Positions 28,933-38,992 of a stretch of DNA of 64,000 bases are shown piece after piece. Made by a program: the position numbers and the translations under genes. The stretch comes from an uncultured bacterium (lineage in GTDB: Bacteria > Krumholzibacteriota > Krumholzibacteriia > Krumholzibacteriales > Krumholzibacteriaceae), in NCBI GenBank assembly GCA_963786935.1, contig CAWBAN010000003.1, forward strand, positions 288,001 through 352,000, given 5' to 3'. The notes under the pieces were generated by a model, which did no database searches, was not told the origin of the DNA, and saw only the letters and a list, made by a program, of their open reading frames with translations. Numbering within the stretch: the stretch's first letter is position 1; each line of letters starts with the position of its first letter.

Positions 28933-29730
28933 TCAGTTCCTCGTCGCTTTCAGGTCGTCGAAGAGCTCGAGCGCCTTTTTGACCGTCGCCTTCTCGTGCA
29001 CGATGGCGCGCACGGCCTGGATCGCCGCGACGGGGTGCTCCGACTGCCAGATGTTGCGCCCCATGTCGACGCCGACGGCGCCGCGGTTGATCGCCTCGTA
29101 CGTGAGCTGGAACACGTCGCTCATCGTTTCGAGCTTGGGGCCCCCGGCGATGACGACGGGCACGGGGCATCCCCCGACGACCTTCTCGAACTCCTCGCAG
29201 TAGTATGTCTTCACGAGGTGCGCGCCGAGCTCCGCGGCGATGCGGCAGCTGAGCGAGAGGAATCGCGCGTCGCGTTTGCCGAGCTCCTTGCCCACGGCCG
29301 TCACGGCGAGCACGGGGATGCCGTACGTTTCCCCTTCGTTCACGAGGTCGGCGAGATTCATGAGGGTGTTGTGCTCGTAGTCCGTTCCGACGAAGATCGA
29401 GAGCGCCACGGCCGTGACGTTGAGGCGGATCGCCTCTTCGAAGGTCGTCGTGATCGACTCGTCGGCGAGCGACGGGCCGATGATGCTCGTTCCCCCCGAC
29501 ACCCGCAGCACGATCGGCGTCTGCGTCTTCGGATCGACCGAGGTCCTCAGTATCCCGCGCGTCGGCATGAGGGCGTCCGCATATCCGATGATCGGCTCGA
29601 TCGTCGCGCGGGCGTTCTCGAGCTTGGACGTCGGGCCGAGAAAATAGCCGTGATCGACGGCGAGCATGACCGTGCGCCCCGTCGCGGGCCTGATGATCCG
29701 CGCGAGCCTGTTTTGCAGTCCCCAATCCAT
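28933..29730 (-). CDS. lsrF: LsrF-type class I aldolase/thiolase
   Basis: MDWGLQNRLARII, VMLAVDHGYFLGP, RIAAELGAHLVKTYY, GVDMGRNIWQSEHP. Confidence 0.92.
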   Translation of the reverse strand: MDWGLQNRLARIIRPATGRTVMLAVDHGYFLGPTSKLENARATIEPIIGYADALMPTRGILRTSVDPKTQTPIVLRVSGGTSIIGPSLADESITTTFEEAIRLNVTAVALSIFVGTDYEHNTLMNLADLVNEGETYGIPVLAVTAVGKELGKRDARFLSLSCRIAAELGAHLVKTYYCEEFEKVVGGCPVPVVIAGGPKLETMSDVFQLTYEAINRGAVGVDMGRNIWQSEHPVAAIQAVRAIVHEKATVKKALELFDDLKATRN

Positions 29731-29803
29731 GGAATAACCCCCTGCGAAAATCGGTACGAAATTGCGCCGGAACGACCAGTATAGGTGCGCGCGAAGGGCT
29801 CCG

Positions 29804-31012
29804 TCAAGGTTGAATATCCGTGCGGAGAGCCGGCGCTTCGCCCACGCCCGCGAAACGCTTCCGCAGCGCGATCGTGTAGACGGCGATGATGAGGGCGACG
29901 CCGCCGAGGAGGAGGAACGGCGTATTGATCCCCCACGCGTCGGACATGAATCCCGCGACGAAGGTGAAGGAGGCGTTTCCGAAGATCTGGATGTTCGCGT
30001 TGAGGCTGAACGCGGCGGTCCGGTTCTTCGGCTTCGCCACGCTCCCGACGAGCGTGAGGAGCGCGGGGAAGGTGAGGAAGAGGGACCATCCGAAGAAGGC
30101 GAGCAGGACCGCGGCGACGGGGATGCTCGTGTTGAACGCGAGGATGCAGGTCGAAATTGCCGTGAGCGCGCAGCCGAGAATGATGGCGCCGTAGCGCCCG
30201 ATCCGTTTCACCACCCGCCCGTACATGAGGGAAGCGACGATGCCCGCCCCGATCCAGCAGCCGAGCACGATTCCCGTGAGCGACATCGACGCCCCGAGCC
30301 TGTGGTTGAGGAGGCTCGGCCCGTAGGCGAGCGTGATTCCCCACGAGAGGCCGCTGAGGAGCGCGGGCGGAATGAGGAAACGCTGGTCGTGGAAGGTTTC
30401 GCGCCACGATACGGGATGCGCCTCCTCCGCGCCGAAGTCGCCGTCGTTCCCGACGCCGCGCGAGATGACGAGTCCCACGATCGCGGCGGCGATGCAGAGG
30501 GCGCCCCAGATGTAGAGCGGATGCGTCCAGCCGAGCGTCTGCGCGAGGTATCCCGTTCCGAGAAACGCCGCGAGCACGCCGACGTCGCCGAACGCGCTCT
30601 GGATTCCCATGGCGCGGTCGAGGTTCTTGCCGCGGAACGTATGGGTGACCCACGAGATGCCCACCGGATGGTAGATGCTCGATCCGATGCGCACGCCCAC
30701 ATATGTGAGGACGAGCAGCAGGTAGCTGCTCGAGAGCGGCGTGAGGAGCAGAAAGAGGCCGACGAAGAGATCGTCGAGGACGAGCAGCAGCCGGTAGTGC
30801 CGTCCCTTCGCCCAGTGCCCCACGAAGAAGTGGAAGACGATCGAAACGACGAGCCCGATGAGCATCATCGTGCCGATGTCAGCGTATTTCCTGATGAGGA
30901 GGCCCTGCGTGTAGAGAATCGGGTAGATCGTCGGCAGCGCGACGACGGAGGCGTCGTTGAACAGGTGAAAGATCGAAACGGAGCCCAGTATCTTCTTCTC
31001 TGTGGCGTTCAT
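29804..31012 (-). CDS. MFS transporter (FSR-like)
   Basis: HLFND, IYHPVG, about 12 hydrophobic segments, AGFMSDAWG. Confidence 0.85.
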   Translation of the reverse strand: MNATEKKILGSVSIFHLFNDASVVALPTIYPILYTQGLLIRKYADIGTMMLIGLVVSIVFHFFVGHWAKGRHYRLLLVLDDLFVGLFLLLTPLSSSYLLLVLTYVGVRIGSSIYHPVGISWVTHTFRGKNLDRAMGIQSAFGDVGVLAAFLGTGYLAQTLGWTHPLYIWGALCIAAAIVGLVISRGVGNDGDFGAEEAHPVSWRETFHDQRFLIPPALLSGLSWGITLAYGPSLLNHRLGASMSLTGIVLGCWIGAGIVASLMYGRVVKRIGRYGAIILGCALTAISTCILAFNTSIPVAAVLLAFFGWSLFLTFPALLTLVGSVAKPKNRTAAFSLNANIQIFGNASFTFVAGFMSDAWGINTPFLLLGGVALIIAVYTIALRKRFAGVGEAPALRTDIQP

Positions 31013-31179
31013 AGTCGGAGTAATATACACCGAATCGCCCCGCGCCGCAAAAGAATCCCCCCCCGGGCGCCGAATCTCCCCGCTCCGCGGGCAAATTCCG
31101 CGGAACAATCCCCCTCTGGACGCGCCGCCCGACCTGCGGTATCATCGTTTTTTCGCATTTCCACGGGAGGCGGCATCGT

Positions 31180-32298
31180 ATGAAACGTTTCCTCGCAACG
31201 GCGCTTCTGCTCGCCCTGCCGGCGTTCGCGACCGGGGCGCCGATCCACGATTCGCCGGGAGCGGCCGAGCGGCCCGCGTCGGTACGGGCGCAGAAGGACA
31301 CGATCGGCTACGCGACGAGACCGGATCAGGTCGAATCGTTCGTGCGTCTCGTCGATTCCCTCGAGGCGCCGCGCTACGCCGCGAACGCCGCGGCGTTCCC
31401 CGCGATGACGAAGGGGGCGATGATCGGCGCCGTCTGTCCGCACGACGACTACCTCTACGCGGGGCGCGGCTACGTCCACGTCATGCGCGAGCTCAGAGCG
31501 CCGCGCGTGATCCTCTTCGGCGTTTCGCACACGGCGCGCCGCCGCGGCATCCAGGGCGCGTTGATATTCGACGGCCACGCCGCGTGGCGAATGGCCGGCC
31601 GGGAGTGCCCCGTCTCGCCGATGCGCGAGGAGATCCTCGCGGCGCTTCCGCCCGGATTCGTCCTCGTGAACGATACCATCCACGCGGAGGAGCATTCGCT
31701 CGAGGGATTCGTTCCGATCCTCCGGCATTACCTGCCGAAGGTCGAAATCGTGCCGATCCTCGTGACGCGGATGGAGGGCGGCGTCCGCGACGCGGCGGCC
31801 GATACGCTCGCCGGGGTGATCGCGGGCATCATGATGAAGCACGGCTGGAAGCTCGGGACGGACGTCGCGATCCTCGTCTCGGCCGATTGCGTCCATTACG
31901 GCGACGAGGAATGGGGAGGGCGCAACTATGCCCCTTTCGGAACGGGCGGGGAAGGCTACGCCAAGGGCGTGGCGCAGGACCGGCGCGTCGTCGAGTCCGC
32001 CCTCGTCGGCCCTCTCACGCGGGAAAAGATCGACGTATTCAAGGCGATGGTCGATTCGGGAGAATTCCAGCAGCCCTACAAGATAACGTGGTGCGGCGTC
32101 TACTCGATACCGTTCGGGCTCGGTGTTCTCGAGCGGCTCGCCGCGCGGGAACGGGGGAAGGCGCCCGAGGGTTTCATGCTCGTCTACGGGACGAGCCTCG
32201 ATCCGCCGAAGCTTCCCCTCGAGTGCACGGGGCTCGGCGTCACGGCCGTCGCCACGCAGCGCCACTGGGTCGGCTATACGGCAATCGGATACTGGTGA
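31180..32298 (+). CDS. Memo/AmmeMemoRadiSam protein B family, with signal peptide
   Basis: PHDDYLYAG, GVSH, EEHSLE, SADCVHYG, TWCG, HWVGY. Confidence 0.8.
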   Translation: MKRFLATALLLALPAFATGAPIHDSPGAAERPASVRAQKDTIGYATRPDQVESFVRLVDSLEAPRYAANAAAFPAMTKGAMIGAVCPHDDYLYAGRGYVHVMRELRAPRVILFGVSHTARRRGIQGALIFDGHAAWRMAGRECPVSPMREEILAALPPGFVLVNDTIHAEEHSLEGFVPILRHYLPKVEIVPILVTRMEGGVRDAAADTLAGVIAGIMMKHGWKLGTDVAILVSADCVHYGDEEWGGRNYAPFGTGGEGYAKGVAQDRRVVESALVGPLTREKIDVFKAMVDSGEFQQPYKITWCGVYSIPFGLGVLERLAARERGKAPEGFMLVYGTSLDPPKLPLECTGLGVTAVATQRHWVGYTAIGYW

Positions 32299-32315
32299 AA
32301 AGGAGGTAACGACGG

Positions 32316-34337
32316 ATGTCCAATCGATCGAAGCTCGCGTTGATGGTTATCGCGCCGGCGCTCCTGATCGCGATTCTCGCGGGGGGCGCCTTCGCGCAGA
32401 CGGACGACGAGATCCGCGCGCTCGTCTCGAAGGCGGGTGAGGCGAAGGACTATCCCGAGGCCGGATTCGTGGCGGTGTTCGAGAAGATCGACGTCACGGT
32501 CGAGGAGACGGGGCTCGCCCACTACCGCCGCCATACCCTCACGAAGATTCTGACGGACGAGGGCGCTCTGGCGAAGGCGGCGCTCCGGTTCGATTACGAT
32601 CCCGCCTCCAACTTCATCGCGATCGAGAGCGCGCGGATATTCCGGAGGGGGGGCGCGGTCGAGACCGTCGATCTCGCGCTCGCGCGGGATCTCTTCGCGC
32701 CTGCGTCGATGATCTACTGGGGAGCGCGCATGAAGACGCTGCAGCTTCCCCGGCTCGAGCCCGGCGACGCGGTCGAGGTGAAGACGTACAAGAAAGGATT
32801 CGAGATCGCGTACCTCGGGGACGGCGAGGGGAGCGGCACGGGCGGTGCGACGGCGGGCAACGACGAGCGATACATCCCGCCGATGCGGGGCTCGTTCTAC
32901 GACGTCGTCTATTTCCAGGACGCCTACCCGATCAAGGCGAAGCGCTACGATCTCCACATGCCGAAGGACAAGCCGGTCCAGTTCCGCGTGTACAACGGCT
33001 CCCTCTATTCGGCGCAGTATTTCGACGAGAAAGGGACGCATTACTCGTGGTGGATCGAGGACGTCCCGGCGCTCGTCGAGGAGCCGCGGAGCGCCGAGGG
33101 TCCCGACGTCATGCCGAAGCTCGTGCTCGCCACCCTCTCGTCGTGGGAGGAGAAATCGAAGTGGTTCGCCGCGATCCACGACACGATCTACAAGGACAAC
33201 GCCGAGATCAAGGCGCTCGTGAAGGATCTCACCGCGGGGCTCACAACGGACGTCGAGAAAGTGGCGGCGCTCCAGCATTGGGCCGCGCAGGAGATCCGAT
33301 ACTCGGGCGTCTCCATGGGCAAGGGAGAAGGCTACACGCACCATCCCGGCACGATGAGCTACCGCGACCGCTGCGGCGTCTGCAAGGACAAGGCGGGGAT
33401 GCTCATCACCCTCATGCGGACCGCGGGCTACGACGTCTGGCCGGCGCTCACGATGGCCGGGGCGCGCGTCGAAGAGGTGCCCGCCGATCAGTTCAACCAC
33501 TCGGTGGTCGCGTGGCGGCACCAGGACGGCTCCTTCACGATGCTCGATCCGACGTGGGTGCCCTATTCGACGGAGCTCTGGAGCTCGGCGGAGCAGGAGC
33601 AGAACTACGTGATCGGGACTCCCGAAGGGGAAGGGCTCATGATCACGCCCTATTCGCCGCCCGAGAATCACGTGCTCAAGGTCGTCTCGCGCGGCGCCGT
33701 CGACAAGGACGGGAACCTCGCGGGGACGCTCCATCTCGAGGCGACGAACTACATGGACCAGCGGATGCGGCGCTGGCTCGGCACGCACCGGCGCGACGAT
33801 CTCCGCGCGTACATCGAGGGTTGGCTCGCCGCGATCTCTCCGGATATCGAAGTGACGAAGTTCGCGATCGGCGATCCGCTCGATTTCAAGAAGCAGTTCG
33901 CGCTCGACGTCGAATACCGCGTGCCGCGGTACGCCGTCGCCGACGGGAAGACGCTCGATTTCGCCTCTCCGGCGTGGAAGCTCGGATTCGGCCGGACGCC
34001 GCTTATCGCGGCGGTCGCGGCGATCGATCTCGAGAAGCGCGAGCTTCCGCTCTTCATCTGGAACACGCAAGCGTACGAATGCGACGAGACCATCAAGCTC
34101 CCCGCCGGCATGGCGGCGCGCGATCTCACGAAGGAATCTTCGAGAACGGGCGAGTACGCCGCCTACCGTATGGAGCGCTCCGCCGGCGGCGCCTCGGTCA
34201 CGAACAAGGGCACGGTGCTCATCAAGCGGAGGATGGTTCCCGCGGGGGACTATCCCGATTTCCGCGCCGCCCTGAAAGAGGCGGGGGATTACGCCACCCG
34301 CAGGGTGATATTCGAGAGAGAGGGGGGATCGCGATGA
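32316..34337 (+). CDS. DUF3857 + transglutaminase-like protein, catalytic triad intact
   Basis: Signal peptide; IRY...GVCKDKA, FNH, LDPT. Confidence 0.85.
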   Translation: MSNRSKLALMVIAPALLIAILAGGAFAQTDDEIRALVSKAGEAKDYPEAGFVAVFEKIDVTVEETGLAHYRRHTLTKILTDEGALAKAALRFDYDPASNFIAIESARIFRRGGAVETVDLALARDLFAPASMIYWGARMKTLQLPRLEPGDAVEVKTYKKGFEIAYLGDGEGSGTGGATAGNDERYIPPMRGSFYDVVYFQDAYPIKAKRYDLHMPKDKPVQFRVYNGSLYSAQYFDEKGTHYSWWIEDVPALVEEPRSAEGPDVMPKLVLATLSSWEEKSKWFAAIHDTIYKDNAEIKALVKDLTAGLTTDVEKVAALQHWAAQEIRYSGVSMGKGEGYTHHPGTMSYRDRCGVCKDKAGMLITLMRTAGYDVWPALTMAGARVEEVPADQFNHSVVAWRHQDGSFTMLDPTWVPYSTELWSSAEQEQNYVIGTPEGEGLMITPYSPPENHVLKVVSRGAVDKDGNLAGTLHLEATNYMDQRMRRWLGTHRRDDLRAYIEGWLAAISPDIEVTKFAIGDPLDFKKQFALDVEYRVPRYAVADGKTLDFASPAWKLGFGRTPLIAAVAAIDLEKRELPLFIWNTQAYECDETIKLPAGMAARDLTKESSRTGEYAAYRMERSAGGASVTNKGTVLIKRRMVPAGDYPDFRAALKEAGDYATRRVIFEREGGSR

Positions 34338-36253
34338 AGCGCTCAATGATGAACGCGACGATCATGGCGATGTTGGCGATCGCCGCCGCGGCGCTGATCG
34401 CGGCCCCGGCATTCGGTTCCGCTCCCGCGCCGGCCGGCTCAGCTCAGGCTCCCGCCGGCGGCACGGGCTGGAAGGAAATGCAGATCCGCTACCGCGACGC
34501 CGACGCGGTCGTGCTGTACGATTCGCTCGTCGTCACGCTCGACGACGCCGGGCGCATTTCGAAGCGCCGGCACATCGCCGCCATGCTCTTCACCGACAAC
34601 GCGATCAACCGCTACGGCGATCCCCGGATACTCTTCGACGCGGCGACGCAGGATCTCACGATTCTCGCCGCGCGCGTCCGCATGCGCGACGGCGCGATCG
34701 TCGACGCGCAGAAGAACGCCCTCAACCGGACGACGCCGTTCGCGCTCGACCTCACGCCCGATTACGCCGACTGGCAGGAGACGGTCGTGACGCTCATGGG
34801 CATCGAGAAGGGATGCGTCGCCGAGCTCCACTACGTGATCGCGGACAAGAATCCGTCGCCGTACCTCTCCGGGGTGGAGGTGTTCGGCGCCGAAGATCCG
34901 ACGGAGGAGCGTGTGCTGGCGGTGAAGCTCCCGGCGGGCCGCCCGCTCAAGTTCGCCGCCCTGCGAGACGAGGCGCCTCCGCCCGATGCGGGCGCCGCGG
35001 GCACGTGGGTCTGGACCGTCAAGAACATTCCGGGGCGCCAGCCGTTCGACGGCGGTGTCTGGGAAGGGGATTATTTCCCGGCCGTGTGCTACAGCACCGC
35101 CGCTGATTGGCGGACCGTTCTCTCGCGGCTCGGCGAGCGCCTCGCGGCCGCTTCGAACGTGGTGCCGGCGGCCGGTGCGTCGATCCAAGAAGCGGTGAGG
35201 GACTGCGGCCCGTCGCACGAAGCGAGGGTGCTCGCCGTGCACCGTCTCGCGATCGGCGCCGTCAGGGGCGTTCGGGCGCCCTATGCGTTTCTCGCCGCGC
35301 CGGCGCGCGACGCCGCCCGCATCTATGACACCGGCTACGCGAGCCCGCTCGATCGGGCCGTGCTCCTCGCCGCGATGCTTCGAACGCTCCAGTACGAGCC
35401 GACGTTCGTCCTCGTCTCGGCCGGAACGGCCGCGGCGGGCGACGTGCCGGCGCCCGAGCTCTTCTCGCGCGTCGCGGTGTCCGTGCCGATGGGGAGCGAG
35501 GGGAATCTGCTCCTCGATCCGGCGGCACCGCTCGAGCACGATCCGTCGTTCTCCCTCGCCGGACGGACGCTCGCGCGCCTCGGCCCGGCGCCTCAGCTCG
35601 AGCGGCTTCCCTCACGGAACGGCGACGAGAGCCGGAGCAGCCTCGTTCTCGATTGCGCCCCGGGTCAGGACGGCGTCCTCGAGGGAAAAGGGACTGCGGT
35701 CATGACGGGCGCATTCTCCCCCTATTACCTTGCGGCTGACGGGGACAACGGCCTCGCGGACTACGTGGAGAAGCGCGTTTCGAGCCTCTTCGGCGGCGCG
35801 AAGCTCGTCTCGTGGAATCCGCGCACGATCGGCCGGGACCGGGTCGACGTCAATTTCACATTCACCGCGGCATTGCCCGAAATAAAGAAGGGGGAGCGAG
35901 TCTATCTCGCGATGCCGAGACCTTTCGATTCGCAGCTTTCCGGCATCGATCGAGCGCAGGTCTGGCGCTCGGGGATCGGGGACGCGATCCGGATCGAGCC
36001 GTCCTCTCTCGACGTCGATTGCACGATCAGGCTGCCCGAAGGGTGGAAACGGGTCGCCGATAGTTCCTCGGCTCGCGAGCAAAACGGCATCGGATCGACC
36101 GAAGTTCTTTCAACACAGGCGGCCGACGGGGCGCTGGGCTTCCAGAGCGGGCTCAGGCTCGAGACCGGGCGTGTCGATCCCGCGTCATACGGGGATTTCA
36201 GGGCGCTCCTGCGCGTGTACGGTCAGGATCGCATCGTGATCGAGAAGAAGTAG
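34334..36253 (+). CDS. DUF3857 + degenerate transglutaminase-like protein
   Basis: ATGA overlap with previous stop; DADAVVLYD; GYASPLDRAVLL lacks catalytic Cys, FSRV lacks His; LLDP retained. Confidence 0.8.
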   Translation: MKRSMMNATIMAMLAIAAAALIAAPAFGSAPAPAGSAQAPAGGTGWKEMQIRYRDADAVVLYDSLVVTLDDAGRISKRRHIAAMLFTDNAINRYGDPRILFDAATQDLTILAARVRMRDGAIVDAQKNALNRTTPFALDLTPDYADWQETVVTLMGIEKGCVAELHYVIADKNPSPYLSGVEVFGAEDPTEERVLAVKLPAGRPLKFAALRDEAPPPDAGAAGTWVWTVKNIPGRQPFDGGVWEGDYFPAVCYSTAADWRTVLSRLGERLAAASNVVPAAGASIQEAVRDCGPSHEARVLAVHRLAIGAVRGVRAPYAFLAAPARDAARIYDTGYASPLDRAVLLAAMLRTLQYEPTFVLVSAGTAAAGDVPAPELFSRVAVSVPMGSEGNLLLDPAAPLEHDPSFSLAGRTLARLGPAPQLERLPSRNGDESRSSLVLDCAPGQDGVLEGKGTAVMTGAFSPYYLAADGDNGLADYVEKRVSSLFGGAKLVSWNPRTIGRDRVDVNFTFTAALPEIKKGERVYLAMPRPFDSQLSGIDRAQVWRSGIGDAIRIEPSSLDVDCTIRLPEGWKRVADSSSAREQNGIGSTEVLSTQAADGALGFQSGLRLETGRVDPASYGDFRALLRVYGQDRIVIEKK

Positions 36254-36318
36254 CGGGGCGGGATTCCGCCCGATTGATGAAGCGACCGGCGCCGCGGGCG
36301 GCGCCGGTTCGAAAAGGT

Positions 36319-36346
36319 GAATGACGGGCCGCGGGGCCCGTCATTC
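36319..36346. terminator. Hairpin between convergent genes (probable terminator)
   Basis: GAATGACGGGCC-GCGG-GGCCCGTCATTC perfect 12-bp stem; two more GC hairpins at 36254-36309. Confidence 0.6.
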
Positions 36347-36379
36347 GTTCTGCGCGAGGAGGGGGTCTTCGCGCGAGCG

Positions 36380-36727
36380 TTACGCCGGGTTGAGCTCGAT
36401 CGAATCGCCGATCCCCGTATCGCTGTCGCGCAGCGTGTTCGGCGGAAACTCCACGGCGCTCACCGCGCCGTGAGACGAATCGGCGATGCAATCGGGCGGG
36501 AAGTTCTTGAACATCGTCACGACGTGCCCGTGCTGGTTGAGGAACGCGATATCGACCGGGTTCTTCATGCCGACGGTGTAAATGGCCCGGCACGGCGCGA
36601 TCCAGAGCGCGCAATTCCGCGGGATTCCGCGGCTGTTCAAATACCGCAGCGTCTGGATGCAGTTCGCGTTCAGCGTCATGAGATGCTTGGCGATCATCGT
36701 TCCGCGCGTCTTGTTGACGACACACAT
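36380..36727 (-). CDS. DUF192 family protein
   Basis: ALWIAPCRAIYTVGMKNPVDIAFLN...SAVEFPP...GDSIEL. Confidence 0.8.
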   Translation of the reverse strand: MCVVNKTRGTMIAKHLMTLNANCIQTLRYLNSRGIPRNCALWIAPCRAIYTVGMKNPVDIAFLNQHGHVVTMFKNFPPDCIADSSHGAVSAVEFPPNTLRDSDTGIGDSIELNPA

Positions 36728-36739
36728 GGCGTATTCCCC

Positions 36740-37330
36740 CTAGAGCGAAACACCGATCATGAGAACCACGAGCGTCGCGATCGCGAGCTTGGCGCACCAG
36801 GGGAGGATGTCCCCGCGCCCGAAGCGCTCGCGCGCCGGATCGTCGGCCGCGGCGGATTCGTGGCCGTCCGCCGCCGCTGAATCGATGCCGTCCGTCCGCA
36901 ACATCCGCATCGTCTCGATTTCGACGAGGGCCGATTGCTCGTCGAACGCGAGAAGGCGCGTCCCGCCGGGGCCCGCGGCCTGGGCGGCGGGCGGCGCCGG
37001 CTCGATCCTGAACATCCTCTGGACGGAGAGCAGCGCGGTCGCGATGCAGAAGGCGATCGCGTACTGAACGGCGCCGAGGATGCCCCCGAGCGCCATCGAC
37101 ACGATGACGTCCTCGCGCGAAACGAATCCGAGAATCGAGAGGGGCAGCGTGAGGAAGAGGGCCGCGGAAGCACCGACGAGCGAATAGATGCATCCCGCGA
37201 CGCCGCCCGTGAGGCCGAGCACGATCGGCGCGGCGACGAGAGCGGCGAGGCCGAACAGAACCTGGAATCTCCTTCGCTCCATCGCGTAGAAGGCGATCGT
37301 TATGAACATCGCGGTGATGATGCCGTACAT
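36740..37330 (-). CDS. Prepilin peptidase A24 (CpaA/TadV)-like membrane protein, degenerate motifs
   Basis: Multiple TMs; LGFVSREDVIVSMALGGILG at the GxGD position; C-terminal LPWCAKLAIATL resembles the IPYAxAIA motif. Confidence 0.5.
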   Translation of the reverse strand: MYGIITAMFITIAFYAMERRRFQVLFGLAALVAAPIVLGLTGGVAGCIYSLVGASAALFLTLPLSILGFVSREDVIVSMALGGILGAVQYAIAFCIATALLSVQRMFRIEPAPPAAQAAGPGGTRLLAFDEQSALVEIETMRMLRTDGIDSAAADGHESAAADDPARERFGRGDILPWCAKLAIATLVVLMIGVSL

Positions 37331-37683
37331 CGTCCTTCTCGACCTTTCTTGTCGTCTCGCAATCACTCCAATACACAAGGAGCGTTCCATCGCCGCGCCC
37401 GGCGCCGTCGCGCGCGGCATGTACCTCTCCCGCTGGAGCAAAATGATGTGCAATGTATTTATTTGTAATAAGTTGTCTTGAGCTCTGAAAAGCGTGGCAC
37501 GCGCGCGCCCGTGCGCCGCGCGCCGGATGCGCAGCGGCCGGCCCTGCATTTTCGGGGATAATTACCCAATCGGCGCGGCTGAAAAGCCGCTGCTGCGTCC
37601 TTTTCCGTGGGACATCGTTTTGCGGGCGCGGCGCTTCCCGGGAATGCCTCGTCGTTCATCGAGCCTTCCCGTCGTTTCCCGGA

Positions 37684-38763
37684 CTACCGCGGGATTTTCG
37701 ATTTGAGAGCGAGGAAAGCCTCCTCGACGGCGCGCATGTTTTTCTTCCAGAGCCCGCGCTCGTTGACGACGAGGATGTTCGTCTCGCGCGCGGAGGTTCT
37801 GAAGACGGCGTTGTCGAGCGTTTCGATGACGGCGCCGGCGAGCGAGGCCGCGTCGCCGTTTCGGACGATGCGGCCATTCTCTCCGTCCCTGATCCATTCG
37901 CGGTTCGCGGGAAGATCGGTCACGACGGGCACGGCGCCGCACGCCATCGCCTCGATGAGCGAGACGGACGTCGAGTCCGATTTCGACGTCGACGCGTAGA
38001 CGTCGGCGGCGCGGAGCTCGCGGGCGATGCCCTCGGGGTCGAGCCGTCCCTTGAACACGAAGCATCCCTCGAGGGAAAAGCGTTTCACCTTCTCCTCGAG
38101 GCGCGCGCGCTCCGGGCCGTCCCCGCAGACGACGAAGTGCGCGTCGATTCTCCGGCGGACGATCGGAGCAGCGTCGACGAGCAGCTCGACGTTGTAAATC
38201 GGATGGAGGTTTCGCGTGCTCACGACGCGCATGCCGCCTCCCGGCCGCGTCCGGTCGGGCGCGCTCTTTCGCGGGAAGAACACGCGCTCGTCGATTCCCA
38301 TATACGTCTTGAGGATCTTCGCCGGGCTCGCGCCCGCGGCGATCGCGACGCGCGAGAGCTCGTCGGCGTCCGTGAGGACGAGATCGGCCTGCCGCAGCAC
38401 GGAGCGGATCTGGAGCCGGTGCACGAGAGACGAGGGATAATCGACGAGGAGATCCGAGCCGAGGCTCGTGACGACGAGGGGGCGGAATCCGCTCCGCGCG
38501 GCGACGAAGCCGTAGCCGCCGACGTACAGCGCGTTCACGATCTCGGGGCGGAAGCGCGCGAGCTCTTTCCGGATGGCGCCGAGCGCCGAGAGGTAGCCGA
38601 GGAGCTTCGTCGGCAGACGGCTCTTGAGCCGCCGCGCCGGAACGGCGCAGCCGTCGACGCTCTCGAACGAGAGGAGGAGGGTTTCGTGGCCCCGTTCGTG
38701 GAAATACCCCGCCCACCGTCTCACGTGGTTCAGCGAACCGTCTCCGAGAAACGCGATACGCAC
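37684..38763 (-). CDS. Glycosyltransferase family 4
   Basis: SLGSDLL, STRNLHPIYN, DSTSVSLIEAMACG, DGENG. Confidence 0.9.
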   Translation of the reverse strand: MRIAFLGDGSLNHVRRWAGYFHERGHETLLLSFESVDGCAVPARRLKSRLPTKLLGYLSALGAIRKELARFRPEIVNALYVGGYGFVAARSGFRPLVVTSLGSDLLVDYPSSLVHRLQIRSVLRQADLVLTDADELSRVAIAAGASPAKILKTYMGIDERVFFPRKSAPDRTRPGGGMRVVSTRNLHPIYNVELLVDAAPIVRRRIDAHFVVCGDGPERARLEEKVKRFSLEGCFVFKGRLDPEGIARELRAADVYASTSKSDSTSVSLIEAMACGAVPVVTDLPANREWIRDGENGRIVRNGDAASLAGAVIETLDNAVFRTSARETNILVVNERGLWKKNMRAVEEAFLALKSKIPR

Positions 38764-38992
38764 GTCCCGCTCCTTTGCGCCTGCGCCCCGCGCGCCGGGC
38801 CGAATCCGTCACCCGCTCGCCGGCGCGCCCCTGCGCCGCTCGAAATGTATCACACGCCGGGACAATTTTCTTGAAGAATTCGGCCGCGTGATTCAGAATC
38901 GACCGGTGCGCGCGGGCGGCGCCGCCGCATCGGAGCGCGTGAATCCGCCCGCAGCCGCATACGATTCAATATTCAATCAAGGAGGCCCGTCG

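Noticed and set aside
28907..29725. Apparent N-terminal extension of the dehydrogenase ORF
   Set aside because: Alternative frame overlapping lsrF, with Arg-rich non-protein-like composition.
33047..34333. 1068-aa ORF suggesting overlap or frameshift fusion of the DUF3857 genes
   Set aside because: The second gene has its own SD, signal peptide and ATGA coupling at 34334.
37495..37510. TGGCAC as a plus-strand sigma54 site
   Set aside because: No TTGC at the required spacing and no plus-strand gene downstream.
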